From contig NC_043014.1 in the NCBI RefSeq assembly GCF_006345805.1, positions 37,262,001 through 37,326,000 on the forward strand: a stretch of 64,000 nucleotides of DNA. The letters are read 5' to 3'. This stretch comes from Octopus sinensis (taxonomy: Eukaryota). The notes below the pieces were generated by a model. It saw only the letters and a list, made by a program, of their open reading frames with translations, ran no database searches and had not been told where the DNA came from. Positions within the stretch are counted from its first letter, which is position 1. Every line of letters starts with the position of its first letter. This document shows positions 36,169 through 49,529 of this stretch, piece after piece. A program made the translations under genes and the position numbers.

Positions 36169-38680
36169 AAGACAAAAACGCTATGTGAAAAAAAAAAATG
36201 ATGAATAAAGGGAAGTTACTCCAATAGGCATAGTGAAAGTAAAACTTCGTTCATTGAATCTGCATATGTACACCTATATACATACACATACGCACACACA
36301 TACACACCTATATGTGCCCATGCACGCATCATTATGTTCATGTACACATCTCTATATGCACATGCACATACATATGCAGATACACAAAACCACACATGTA
36401 TACATATGTACAAATATACACACATACGTATAAATGCGTAGTCAAAATCATCCTCGCATATATATATAGACGTTTATACAAATAAAAACACATACACAAA
36501 ACATAAACCATAAACACATTCACATTCGCCACAAAATCTTGAATATACCTATGAGTTATGTATGTATAGGGCTATGTATATAGATATGTACACAAATACA
36601 CCCTCCTGTCTGTCAAACACACCTACACCTGCAGATATACAAGCATATATACATACATATTTGTATGAAAGGAGACAAGTACAACAGCAGGTCCCGTGAA
36701 TATTTCACAGAATCAATAGTTGACTTAATGGCTTATTTCTGAAAGCTTTATCCCAAAACTCTGAATGTATATACACCTTGTAAGGGTAATTTAACCCAAT
36801 ATTTCTGCATTTGAAAAAATATCTTATTTGTATCATAGAATACATATTTTCGGTGCTTCTAACAAAAGAACTAATATTTCTTTACATTTATATGCACATG
36901 GTTGTTCCATACAGCTAAAGTGTTTAGCATCTAAATTCAGTGGTGAATTCATTAGCAGGCAGTTTAGCTTCATGGTAAAACAATCAGTTGGAGTCTTTGA
37001 GGGATGTGGGTTTGAGTCCCATGGCTGGTTGTTGACAATTTTTTCTGTGTTGTGAGGGTAATTTACACAGTATTTCTGTTGTTCTAACAGCAATTCTGCA
37101 TTTGAAAAAATATTATCTTCTTATTTGCATAACACACACACACACATATATGTATATATGGCTAGGTATTGCCAAGGAATGAGTAGAGGACAATAAAACA
37201 TTCGGACAGATAGACGATACAAAGAGGCAGATGAGAGAAACAACAATTAGAAAGACAGGCAAAAAAGATGGGTCATTCGTGGCCTTCTTTCTTCAGTCAA
37301 GTACCAGAAGTCACAACGATTTCGGGCAGTTACACTTGAGATGGTTTGATCTGGTTGCCCCCAAAAATGTCTAAGCTAAGAGCATTAGACCCCTTTGTAA
37401 AAAAGCTAGCAAACATGTACAGCAACAAAAGACGGAGAATATGGTTCACAAAAAGACAAAAAACGGAAAACATGGTACACAATTACGAATACAAACAGCA
37501 AGAAAATAACAACAGGTGTCTTTCAACTGAGAACAAATCCAAATGAGCTGGCATGTATGAAGTGAAAGCCTAAAGGCAGGAACATAGGAGATGGACATAA
37601 GGGGTGTTGGTGGTCAGCAATCAGACCAAAAAGGAAAGATTGTGGCTGGCTGAACACCAGTCACAGGTGCCAGTAAGGCAATGCTGGTAACAATTGCACT
37701 GGAAGGCAGTGGGATTGAAGAATTAGAAAAAAAAAGAGAAAGGTACAGGGGAGATAAATGAGTGGGAAATAGTGGGAGTTAAAGAAAGAGAGGGCCAAGA
37801 AATATGAGAAAGAGGAGGAGCAAGTAAAAAAAAATAATAAAAGGGGGACTAATAGACAGAGTAAGAGTCGTACAAAATTTAGATACATACATATTTTAAG
37901 GTGAGCACAAGTATGTACGTATGCCAGACTAAACTCTTTTTCCTTTCCCTTTTGTCTGCTTTTTCCAATACAACCTACTTGCACCGTCCCCTCTGTTACT
38001 CTACCCGCTACCATCTTCTCATAACGACAAATCTCTTCCTCACATCATACTTCAATTTCTCTCCCTATTCCACATGAAGTCATTACTCTCCCTTTGTTTA
38101 ACTCTCCCTTACAAAATAACCACCCTTGTGGTAGTGCCACACAAAAGTACTGAGTGCATTCTGTACAGAGAAGGTCCATGGCCAAGTGGTGAGTGTGTTA
38201 CACACACAATTGTAAGATTGTGGTTTCATTTTCCAAACCATGCATATGTTGCATTCTTGAGCAAAACACTTCATTTCATGCTGCTCCACACCACTTAGCT
38301 CCAGCTATAGTTGGTAAGTTAACCATGCAACAGACCAGCATCCCATACAGGGATGAACTGTGTTGTGATGTTAGACACCTATATGCCAAAGAAACTGGGT
38401 TAAGATCTGACCTTAGAAATTCAAGGTTCTTAACAGACCTATGTTCTGTATAGTTGTCAAATGAAGCAGTGAGAATGCAGGGTTAAGCAGGTTCACTTGC
38501 CTTGTCAAGGGTACAGCAACCTTTACAGTGATGGTACCTGGAAACAATGTGCTCATTAAAGTGTTTTATGTTAGGAGGTATGAGTTTCTCAGAGCTGTTC
38601 CAGTCAGTCAACCCATTCAATGCATGCCAGCAGAGAAAGTAGACATATGAGGATGATGATGATAATATATATTGACTCAC

Positions 38681-38834
38681 CTCAACACTGTTTCTTGCAG
38701 CTTCAAGTAACGGCTTAACCAGATTTATATAGTTCTTAATAATGGCCAGATGTAGTGGACTATGACCTTTTCCATTTTGTATATTGACATTAGCCCCATA
38801 GTTCAGCAATAAGCTCATCACCTCAAGATGGTTG
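38681..38834 (-). CDS. Ankyrin-repeat protein exon (154 bp, phase 2 to 0)
   Basis: tttcag| c-NHLEVMSLLLNYGANVNIQNGKGHSPLHLAIIKNYINLVKPLLEAARNSVE |gtgagt; joins in frame to the 41842 exon. Confidence 0.9.
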
Positions 38835-38922
38835 CTGAAAGTTACAGAAATTGTAAAAATGTATAAGTCACAGACAATGAGATTAAATATAGATTTACAG
38901 GATTCTATAGTGTGTGTGAGTG

Positions 38923-38954
<32 letters not shown>

Positions 38955-38974
38955 TATACACATATATATATATA

Positions 38975-39240
38975 GGTGCAGGTGTGGCTATGTGGTAAGA
39001 AGCTTGCTGACCAACTACACGGTTCTGGGTTTAGTTTCACTATGTAACACTTTGGGCAAGTGTCTTCTACTATAGTCTCAAGCTGACCGAAGCCTTGTGA
39101 GTGGATTTGGTAGACAGAAACGGAAAGAAGAGTGTGTGTGTGTCTGTGTTTTTTCCCCCATTACCATTTGTTCAACTAAAACCCTTCAAAGTAGAGCTCC
39201 AGCATGACCAGAGCCAAATGACTGAGACAAGTAAAAGAAT
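38975..39240 (+). mobile_element. SINE (internally deleted copy of the 35709 family)
   Basis: Same head and tail. Confidence 0.8.
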
Positions 39241-40699
39241 AAAACTATATAGTTAGTTAGTTCTACTTTTGCACTGGTGTTGTTAAGACGTTGCTTTGCC
39301 GCAGTCTTGCACTGAAGAACTGAGAAGGCGTGACTATAAGGTAAGACATTTGTTTTTTGGGATTCAGTAGAGGTTTGTTCATTTTTCTTTAACAAGAAAT
39401 CCCCACTGGATTCCAAGGCATTTGTCTGCCTATAGTTGTGCTAAGTGTCTCACTTAGATGTGAGAAGAGTGCTGTTTTGGGGGCATATCCCGCCTCCAAA
39501 AATTGTGAAGTTTACGTGAAAATTTTTTTGAATTTTTACCAGTTTGTGGTGGATTTTTTTGAAGTTGTGTTCCTGTTGCTGAGTCCCTGTTCACTTTTGG
39601 AGTACCTTTGGAGTACCTTTTGGCCAGGAGTACCGGTTGGCCGGGATTGTGTGTTTCCGTGTTTTGAACTGTCTTCCTTCTTTCTTTTTCTGTTCTTTGT
39701 CTTTCTGCTCTTTTTGTCTTCCTTCAAAGTGTTTTTTGACTTTGTTTGGACTTTTGTTGTTTTGAACTGTTTCCTGAACTTCTTCTTCAAAGCATGGCGA
39801 AGAAATTGAACACTGCATTGGAATGGGAAATCATCCAACCCAAGCAATGGCTAAAAAATTTAGAGGAAAGCATGGTGGTGTTGAGGACTTATTCTAAGTC
39901 ACTCAACACCATCGCTGTCTTTCTAGGTCTACCTCTTCCACAGGATCCCTCCATAGTTAGAAATCAGCACTTCTTTACATGACTATCCCCGTCCATATGC
40001 ATCACATGACCATACCAGTGCAATCTTCTCTCCTGCACATCTGATGCCCAATTTTTCCCTCAAGATGCTTACACTCTGTCATATGTGCTTACTGACATTG
40101 CATATCCAGCAAAACATATTAGCTTCATTTCTTTCAAGCTTTCATATGTCTTCTGCAGTCACAGCCCATGTTTCATGTAATAGTTTTACTGAAAACATAT
40201 TAGTTTGTGTATTCATGTGGTGGGTTTGAGAGAGAGGAAAAAAATCACATTTTAATTCAAGTTTTCTGTGTGAAAAAAGTCTCAGTGATTAAATTTTTGC
40301 ATAAGAGATTTATTTTATAATAGAAGAAAAATTACATTTAACTGACTGAGATCAGGTTTGTGCTGTCATTCAGCTCATCATAGCTTTAGGTGATTCTTCC
40401 ATTACAAGTAAGGGACATGTGTTAATCTATTTGGAATTAAATGTATAAATAGGCATGTTGCTTATGACGTTTCCAAAACAAGGGACATAACTTTTGATTA
40501 GTATGTGCGTGTGAGCTTTTTATTGTCAACGGACTTATAATAAGGGTATGTGTTGGTTAAAATTTTCAGAAAATATTTTGCTACTGCAAACTGCAGTGAA
40601 AATTCTTTACTACAGATTAGATATGTCCCAAGCATATTTGACTGATCTAAATGTGTGTTTTATTTTCCACCCATGCATGGTGAACAAGAAAAACAGTGA

Positions 40700-41400
40700 C
40701 GTTCTTGTAATCCCAAGGTGCAACCATATGTGTAGGCTATGTAATGTTTCTGTGGAAGACATCACACATGTGATCAGCAGCTGTCCTAAAATGTCGTCAC
40801 AGTGCTACCCCCCTATGTGACACTATGTTATTGCTTAAACAATATACTATGCCATCCACAAAAAAGACTGTCCTGAAATAAACTTTAAAAATCCCTCTGT
40901 TATGGAGTATATTCATAAACACCAATTCAAGGAATACTAGTGGAATATTCCCATCAAACAGCTGTCAAATATAAACATAACAGGCTGAACATTGTTGTTT
41001 GGGACAGAGGGGTAAAGGTATGTACCATCATAGAGGTCAGCTGCCCTGCAGATATAAATATCTCTTTGAAAATCAAAGAAAAAGAGGATATCTATGGACA
41101 ACTGCTTCGAAACCCCCAGCTTCTATATCCAGACTATGAATTCATATTCATACCAATAATAATTGGAGCACTAGGTTTTGTTAGTAAATGCTTATAGGAG
41201 AATCTAGATAAACTGGGATTTTCAGAAAGGGAAATCAACCAGCTAATTCATATATTACAGGTGCAATCTGTGAGTGGAACAATAAAAATATGCAAGACTT
41301 TCCTCAAGTTCCAAATGTGAATTTGTCTGTGTTAACTACATCCCAAAGATGGAACCTTGTATCTTTGTTAGAAACCGGCTCCCTCCTAGTGGAAGGTTTA
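40700..41400 (+). mobile_element. R4/R2-like (RLE-type) non-LTR retrotransposon 3' relic
   Basis: CRLCNVSVEDITHVISSCP (CCHC knuckle), then HNR.nIVVWD..IIEVSCPAD..K..EK...YG...IIGALG (restriction-like endonuclease). Confidence 0.8.
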
Positions 41401-41841
41401 TATTAATTAAAAAATAGAAGAGACATAATATATGAGTGGCCAAATGAGGGAAAAGGGCACTCAACACATTTAGTGAGAGTTACATGTATTGTTTGATTCA
41501 GTTTTCATGCTAATTCATGTTTTGAAGGCCCCTAAGAAGCCTCTCTCCTTCAGGTTAGGCATTAGGAAGTGCATCCAGCTGCAGAAGCCATACCAAAGCT
41601 GTCAGTAGGGTTTGGCACACTCCTCTGGCTTGCCAGTTCCTGTCAAACCATTTGACTAGTGCTAGCATGGAAAATGATAATGGTGATAATGATGATGAAT
41701 GCCTGTATTGATGTGTCCTGTTGAATATATATTACCATATCATATTCCTACTATGTCATCTTTGCATATTTAATCTTTCTTTCATTCAAGCCAATTTTGA
41801 AACAACATAGATCTGGAGATCTTAAATACTTCTAAACTTAC

Positions 41842-41999
41842 CCAAGCACAGCATAATGTAAGGGAGTAAAGCCATTTTTATCAGATGCATTTACATTGCA
41901 TTGAGCATTGTTTTCTATCAGCAATTTCACTGTAGCTATGTCACCCAGCCGACAAGCAATAGACAGGAAACTTAGACCACATACACTGTTTTGAGGAAT
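41842..41999 (-). CDS. Ankyrin-repeat protein exon (158 bp, phase 0 to 2)
   Basis: ctgcag| IPQNSVCGLSFLSIACRLGDIATVKLLIENNAQCNVNASDKNGFTPLHYAVL-gg |gtaagt. Confidence 0.9.
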
Positions 42000-42879
42000 C
42001 TGCAGAGATTAAAGTGAAAGCATGTCAAAATTGCTAAATTTGAGACGGTGTGAGATAATGAGGAAAAATATTAAAAAAAAAGATCAGAACAGTAGGAGAT
42101 AAATTAGATGCAAAGGGAAGGTATACAACAAAGAGAAAGAGAGTCGGGGAAAGCTTCTTTATAGAAAATGAAGCAGCTGAACTTGTGAAAATTATAACTT
42201 CATAATGACCTGATCTTTCAAAAAAGTTAGTGAAGCTATTTATTTAACCCTTTCATTACCAACCCGACTGAAACCACCTCTGACTCTGGAGTACAAATGT
42301 CTTGTTTTCATAAGTTTGAATTAAAATCTTCCACCAAACCTTAGTCACAATTTATGTTCCTAACAATAGCTTAATGACAACTAAGTTATTTTGCTAAATT
42401 ATTTGTTATATCTAAAATCAATTGAAAGAAACAGAGCATCTCAAAATAAATACAGTAATGAAAGGGTTAATTGGGAAACTGATAAGTAATGAGTATTCAT
42501 AGCTTCTCTTAAAATCAATGTAAGTAGGATAGTACAATTTAGTTACAATTTAATTTTTTTTGTTATGAACACACACTCATCTGCAGTGAGTTCTTCAACA
42601 ATGAAATACAACTGTGATTACTATATTGAAACTGGAATCGGCCAGAATGTATTAAGAATGAATATATGTCTTATCATTCTGTTTCTTGTTCTTCACTGCA
42701 CATATTGTGATTTATTATCACTTGGTAGATATCAGCATGTATCAGCAATTAGTTTGTTAGCTGAAATTATAGACAAGAGCCACAATTCATTTGTCCAGCA
42801 TAGCTTTGCCTAAGGAGATATTTAGGATGGCAGAATGCACTGTTATAGTGTTAAAACATATGTAAGACATCTTTCAGGA

Positions 42880-43250
42880 TAGCAAAAAATGTAATAAATC
42901 TGATGGAGCTGGGTCCAAACTGTAAGCTGGATGTGGAATCAGTTCAATTCCCTCTAATTCCTAGAATTTATTCTAGCTTGTTCAAGTGGTGTGAGGTCCT
43001 GCATTGTCTTGTTGCAGGAAAGCTCACTGTCGTTTAACCAATGCTAGGTATTTCTATCATACAATGGCATACATCTGCTCCAGCTGTTTGGAGTATAGGT
43101 TAGTAACAATGGTTTGGCCATCTGGAACTCGTAGGAAATTATCCTTTCGTAAGTCCATTAGACAGAAAGCACCACTTTGTGTTCAAAATGCCCATGTTTG
43201 GTGGCAAGTTTCAGAAACTGGCCCTTTCTTAACTGCTGCTTATGTATATT
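42880..43250 (-). mobile_element. Mariner transposase relic
   Basis: Minus strand: ..PDGQTIVTNLYSKQLEQM..FLQQDNAGPH..IELIPHPAYSLDPAPSDYY, with stops. Confidence 0.8.
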
Positions 43251-44145
43251 AGGATTGTGGAAAAATATCTCCCTGAGATTATTACTTGTTCTGATCTATG
43301 CCTCACTTCCTGTGTTTGTGATGCTTCATCAACCAAGAGGGGGTGGAAGCTTCAGTGAAGGAGTTCTTTGTCTCAAAGGACAAGAACTGGCATTAGCATG
43401 GGATCAAAGAACTGGCAGAAAGGTGGTTTCAGACAGTGCAATAAGACGGCTCCTACTTTGAATGCTAGGCTACTTTTGTTGTAACTTGACAAACAAAGTA
43501 AGTTACCAAAGTATTGCAAAACTTTTGACATAAAACAATACCTAATGATGATAATGATAAGGAAGAGATGGAGAAGTAATTGAAGGAAATGGAAATATAA
43601 TAGGCTAAAAAATGCAATTTGTTAAGAACTTTTAACATTCATCATCATTGCTTTTGTTATTCTTTTAACATCCAATTTACCAATTTGGCAAGACACAATT
43701 TGTTGAGGTAGATTTTCTATGGTTGGATGCTCTTTCTGTGAACAACCCTCACCTGTTTTGAAACACGGTAATATCTCCTGATAGCTGTATAGGTCTATAA
43801 AGAAGAACCCATGTCAGCATGGACAATAGATATCAAAAGATGAAAGATAGGGAATGAAGGACACTGCTTCAAATATGGTAAGATTCACTAACAACTATTT
43901 GTTTACAACTATTGTCCAGACACAAACATACACACATATATGCATACAAACCACAAACACACATACATATTGGGATGGGCATCTTTCAGTTTCTGTCTAC
44001 TAAATCCACTCACAAGGATTTGATTGCTCTAGGGCTATAGCAAAAAGACAATTGCCCAATGTTCCATGTGGTGGAAGTGAACCTGATCATAAAAATAAAA
44101 TAATAAATAGATGCATTAGGGGAAAACAATAAAGGAGCAGCTTAC

Positions 44146-44252
44146 CAAATGTGGATTTTGTGTGAAACATTGTTTAATCCATCTACTATCACCCTGAATA
44201 AGCTTACATAAAATATCATTCTCAGTATAAGTATTACCATAAATTTTATAAC
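44146..44252 (-). CDS. Upstream exon of the ankyrin-repeat gene (107 bp, phase 1 to 0)
   Basis: Polypyrimidine tract + accag| gt-YKIYGNTYTENDILCKLIQGDSRWIKQCFTQNPHL |gtaagc; phase fits the next exon. Confidence 0.75.
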
Positions 44253-44950
44253 CTGGTAAGAGAAAGAAACAAAAATAAAGAGTTGAAAGAAACTGGTAAA
44301 ATGAGCTCAACAACAATATGTAAAAACTGTAATAGTTTTTACATTGTCCTAACATGAAACTACATAAACATTGAAAACTTCAGACTTTCTAAAGCAGCTC
44401 TTATTTGTAGTTGGATATTCTTCTGAATACTAAAAAAACAATTAACCAAAGTATTGTGCCTGTAAGTTAGGTGTGTTACTCTGCTTTCTACAGTCAGCCT
44501 GGTTACAATTAACTCTTGCATGGTGGAATACTCAGTATTGCTGATCAGAGCAATGGAGACATTGTATGTCTTGAGCTGTGGATCTGTGAATTATAAATCA
44601 GCTAGGTTTGGACATAGTAAATTTTGAGCAATGGATCTAAAGAGCATAAGTTATTCAATCAACTGACTGCCTTCATGCTGTAGATCTGTTTGAAGAGGAC
44701 CTACATATGGATACATAACAATGACAACAACTTTATCAACAACTATAACTAATTCCAGTTTCTCAAAGGTGATGGAAATAGTAATAAACAACTACATTCT
44801 TGATCAATTTCGATACTGTTCTCATGTGTACTGGACAATTCAATATTTTGTTATTGAACATTTTGGAACAAAAACATTTTTTTGTGCATGCTCATTTATA
44901 TTGTAATTACATTTCTTTTTGAGTTATCATATTTTGTGCCACATCTTGGG

Positions 44951-45228
44951 TACTAGTTAAGAAGAGTGGTCTCGGTGCGTGCACTCGCATACTCGCGCAT
45001 CTGCGCTAGCTAGTCATGACAAGTCAATTCTTACTTTATGTTTTATTTATTTTGTGTAAAAAATTCTTTGTTTCAAAAAAATTATTTACTTTGTGTAAAA
45101 AAATTATTTATTTTGTGTTTTATTTACTTTGCTACATAGTCGTTGTAGGGATCGACTAGCCACGACTAGTTAGCGCGGATGCGCGAGTAAGCAAGTGCGT
45201 ACATCGGAACCACTCTTCTTAAGTAGTA
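44951..45228. mobile_element. MITE, second copy of the 32390 family (coordinates include the TA duplications)
   Basis: TACTAGTTAAGAAGAGTGG...CCACTCTTCTTAAGTAGTA; TA duplicated in a gTAc context. Confidence 0.88.
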
Positions 45229-45249
45229 CACACATCTTGTGGGTGATCG

Positions 45250-45430
45250 GTAGCCATCTTGTTTCTGGTGCCACTACAATCTTTATATTCTCGTGCTCCG
45301 CACTCAAGGGGGAGCCTTGTAGTGACGCCAGGTTTCAGGCGCCATTTTGGGATGTTCATCAGTGCATGTGAAAGGATTAGTGTCTTCCGGAAGGCCAGCC
45401 GGAAGTCCCTTATGCGCATGCGCAGTAATC
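45250..45430. promoter_or_regulatory. Housekeeping-type promoter cluster
   Basis: TGCGCATGCGCA (NRF1-type, 45413-45424), CCGGAAGT (ETS, 45399-45406), TTCCGGAA, CGCCATTTT (YY1, 45340-45348), AAGATGGC on the minus strand (~45253-45260); locally CpG-rich; upstream of the minus-strand ankyrin exons. Confidence 0.6.
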
Positions 45431-45895
45431 AGCAGTAGCTAGCTTTTACCACTATTCTTTATTTTTGCTTCCTGCTGCCGAGAGAAACAGACGTGACCAG
45501 ACAAGCTGTGTGTGAAGGCAAATAGACTTGGCGAGTTGTGAAGAATGCTTTCAACAATTGTGATTTAAACCGACTCTGCTGTTTCCACCCCAGGCGCCTA
45601 GGCTACCGATATCCAGAGATGAAATGCTTATTTCGGCGAAAATAAATTATTATTGTTATTTGTTCGGAGATTCGTGTTCCTGCTATTTTTCCTTTCTACG
45701 ATGCACGAACGATGTCATAAATGTGACAAATGAAAAATACACCGCTGATAGTTGTTGTTGACAATCAACAGCAGTAAGTTTATTCAGCTGAATACACGTC
45801 ATTGATTGGTTGAAATTACCGAAATAGGACAACTTTAACGTGAAATAACTTCGTAAATATAAGTTGTTCTCAAAAATGCTAAGAAAAAAAGATGT

Positions 45896-46308
45896 GGATC
45901 TTTTCGGTTTGAACGGCAGTTTTTCTAGCAGTGTCATATGAAATTGTCAGCCATAATTATGACCCTAGTATCGATCTATTGCATTTCAATCTGTTTTAGG
46001 GTTAGGGGTGGGGGGAAGGGTATCATTTTTTTCTTCACAAATGTAAATAAACCCAATCTGTTTCTTAAACGAGGGACATATTCATATAGCACAGAATGTC
46101 TTCACCTCAATAGACGTCATTGATTTGTTGAAATTGCAGAAATTGAAGAAAAAAACAACAACAAATATCTTACAAACTATAGAATTTTCTCAGTAAAGCC
46201 AAGAGAAAAAGATGTTTTATAAACACCTTCTACCAGTGTACGAAGTTTGAAAGTGTTTAGTTACGTTGAAATTATTTTTAAAAACTGCCTTTCAAACCGA
46301 AAAGATCC
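45896..46308. mobile_element. MITE-like element with ~29-bp TIRs
   Basis: GGATCTTTTCGGTTTGAACGGCAGTTTTT...AAAAACTGCCTTTCAAACCGAAAAGATCC; related ends at ~51605 and ~55475. Confidence 0.75.
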
Positions 46309-47104
46309 AAAGATGTTTTATATGATACATTCTACCAGTGTCCGAAGTTTCAAAGCGTTTAGTTACAAAAAATTATTTTTTAAATCCGTCGGTCGAAATC
46401 TAAATTGAATTTCAAGAGACAGGTTGTGAAACGGCCTTCTTACAATTTGCAGACGATATTGTCGGGTCCCTCGTATCATTAATAATACCTGATTGGTAAA
46501 AGTAAATTACCGCCCCTTGTATCGTCCGACGTGTTTGTATTCACCAGAGCCCGTTTCCCGTTCCTGTTTTATTTTTTAGTATAAAATATTTAAAAATGGA
46601 TGAATCTTTCTAATTTTTTTTGCTTACATCATTCATTTTGTACATATTTTCCATTTTTTAAGCTTTTTTTTAAAATTGCATTTTATTTTCTTGGAGCGGT
46701 GAGTTTCTAAAGGAGCGCCGACCCGGCGATGTGGGTTTCTGCAAAAAAAAAAAAATGGACGGGGTGACGGCCCACCATGTCCACCGTTTTGGGGTTCTAA
46801 AGATCTTAAAAGGGCTGATCATATAGTTTTAGCACTTTTTAAAGGTGGTTTTAGAGCAAAAACTGACTTTGTTTCTATGGTCCCTCCTTTTGAAATTCAT
46901 AAAATGCTTTGTATAGTCCCTCCTTTTCTCCTCTTTAGTGGTTAAAAAAAAACATTGACTAGCGATGCATAAACTTCGATTATGTTTTCTGCTTGGAAAT
47001 TTGCGGAGGCGTAACTTCGGTGTAAAAACCGGATACATTTCAAGAAAGTGTTTTTTTTTATATATGGGAGGGGGTGGGGGGAGAGAAGGGTTTCTCTTAT
47101 CTTT

Positions 47105-47500
47105 CTTCTTTTTCTTTTTACTTGTTTCAGTCATTTGACTGCGGCCATGCTGGAGCACCGCCTTTAATCGAGCAACTCGACCCCGGGACTTATTCTTTTT
47201 TTTTTTTGTAAGCCCAGTACTTGTTCTATCGGTCTCTTTCGCCGAACCGCTAAGTAACGGGGACATAAACACACCTGCATCGGTTGTCAAGCAATGCTGG
47301 GGGGACAAACACACACACACGCATATATATATATATATATACATATATACGACGGGCTTCTTTCAGTTTCCGTCTACCAAATCCACTCACAAGGCTTTGG
47401 TCGGCCCGAGGCTATAGTAGAAGACACTTGCCCAAGGTTCCACGCAGTGGGACTGAACCCTGAACCATGTGGTTGGTAAACAAGCTACTTACCACACACA
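47105..47500 (-). mobile_element. tRNA-derived SINE (35709 family)
   Basis: Reverse complement of the 35709 copy. Confidence 0.88.
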
Positions 47501-47508
47501 AAGTCACA

Positions 47509-48539
47509 TGTGTACTTATACCGAAGGATCGCCCATACATTCATAAAAACAGAACAGGCACACACACACAGACAAGAACAAGCACGCACACACAACCCAT
47601 TAGCTTTCTTCTCCACCTCTCAATTTAGCAGCAGTCATGGTGATATTCGAAGTGAATTGTCGAGTTATACCGAAGATATCCGAGTTGACCTGTCAAAAGT
47701 TATCGAGTTATATCGAAGGAAAGCCGGTAAAAATTAACGTTGACAGTTTGTCGATAACTTCCGAAACATTTTTAAAGGATTAACTGGTTAACGCTTAACG
47801 AAGTTAACTTTTCGATTAACGACGCCCACCTTTGATTTTTGTGCATATATGATAATGATGACTGTCCACTCGAGACCGACGATGATCATCATTGACCAAA
47901 ACCCATGCAAAATGTCAACAATGCTTGTACAAAATTTTAGATCCAATAAGACTTCGGAAAGACTTCCGCCCCACCCCCATTTTCTCCAAAATTTGTTTAC
48001 GTAAAAAAATTTTTTTGCCAAAAATCCCCGTTTTCGGGAAAATTGCCAAAAATCGGCATTGTAAAATCCCCCACCCCCACCCCAGCTTCTTCACTTTTGA
48101 CTTTTTTCCCTAACCCTAAACCTAATCATAAGTACAGAAATGTTTTGAAATTTTTGTCCGAGTCATAATATCCATATTTTTCCACATATTTAGGGGGAAA
48201 AAAATCTATAAAGATTTTGGGAAATTTTTTACAGAATCATAATCTCCGTATGTTTCCGAATATTTTGAAGAAAAAAATTCTTTAAAAAGTTTAAAATGAA
48301 GGGAATGGAGGTGGGGGTGGTAATTAAAAAATGTCGGTTTTTGCCAATTTTTTTGCAGATTCGTATTCCCCGTAGCCGAAAAGGTGGGGACGTCAAAAAA
48401 AAAACTTTTTTAAAGGGTGGTTGAGGAAGTTTTGCCAAGCCTTCCATGACACCTCATAGGCGCTTTCCACCTTACCTGATCCACAAGTGCTCATGATTTT
48501 CAGATTCAGGATTGTGGGTGGGATCGCTGTGATCTCAAG

Positions 48540-48602
<63 letters not shown>

Positions 48603-49429
48603 ATATGTACATATATAAAACCAGTATTACATATACTAGCAGAAAGCCCACCCAAAAACACTAATCATATAATTCCATTGCTACATAAAAATGTAACCAA
48701 GTTTAAATTAAGAAAATTAACACCTTACCTAAAGCGTAACTCATAATTTTGTTGTTATGTCACCGGTGTAAGAATCTCCGAGCCAGAGTAGTAGATAGTT
48801 CGATCTCTGTTTGCAATATAGAGTGCAAAGCGCAGTATCGTCTGTTCAAAGGGCACTCACATTTAAATAGCGATAAACATTACTTCTCAGTATAAATATT
48901 ACTGCCGTCTCCAACAGAGATTTTCTTAACGAGCTGCCTTTTCTTTTTAATCTCTAATTAGTTTTGTCTTTCTCTCAAGCTGTGTCCGCCTATCACACAA
49001 GTTATCGCGGATTTTTCTTTTGCTGACAGATATTTAGAAAATTTACATTTAAAGTGAATCCTTCCAATTAGATATATTCAGGCAATGCTGGCAACACTTC
49101 CGCGTTCTTAAAACTGAAACTATTTGTTCGGCAATTTTCGTAAATATTTATTTTTCAGCTGAACCGCTTATGTTTATGTAATTTTTTGTATATGTATGTG
49201 TTTATGTGCATGTGTGAAACGCATACATACAGAAATATACATACATGCACATAAATACATACATATACTTATATACATACATATACTTATATACATAAAT
49301 ATACATTCACACGCGCGCGAAAAAGTTTTACGGAAATTGCCGAACAAAGAACGTCACTTTTCACGGCCCTTTTCCGAAAGAATTCGGTAATTTTTCACGC
49401 TCAATCCGTCTTTGAAATCCATTTGGATC
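47509..49429 (+). repeat. Duplicated block copy A (ends at the assembly gap)
   Basis: Near-identical to 49530-51610. Confidence 0.9.
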
Positions 49430-49529
49430 NNNNNNNNNNNNNNNNNNNNNNNNNNNNNNNNNNNNNNNNNNNNNNNNNNNNNNNNNNNNNNNNNNNNNNN
49501 NNNNNNNNNNNNNNNNNNNNNNNNNNNNN
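49430..49529. other. Assembly gap (100 N)
   Basis: Run of n. Confidence 1.

Noticed and set aside
37305-37370. Minus-strand GGGCA...CTGCCC-GAAA hairpin resembling a hammerhead half
   Set aside because: The core is too degraded (tttttgg) and there is no convincing stem I or III.
39536-39847. Lys-rich minus-strand ORF
   Set aside because: Low-complexity sequence beside an RTE relic; no recognisable family.
42565-42813. Plus-strand ORF with a signal-peptide-like stretch (MNICLIILFLVLHCTYC)
   Set aside because: Short, intronic and antisense to the ankyrin gene, with no recognisable domain or supported continuation.
44939-45240. 9-bp direct repeat cacatcttg on both sides of the MITE as a TSD
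   Set aside because: It is not flush with the TIRs; the TA duplication explains both MITE copies better.
48110-48126. CCCTAA telomere-like motifs (also ~50128, ~54330, ~45997)
   Set aside because: Only 2-3 units embedded in dispersed repeats; not a telomeric array.
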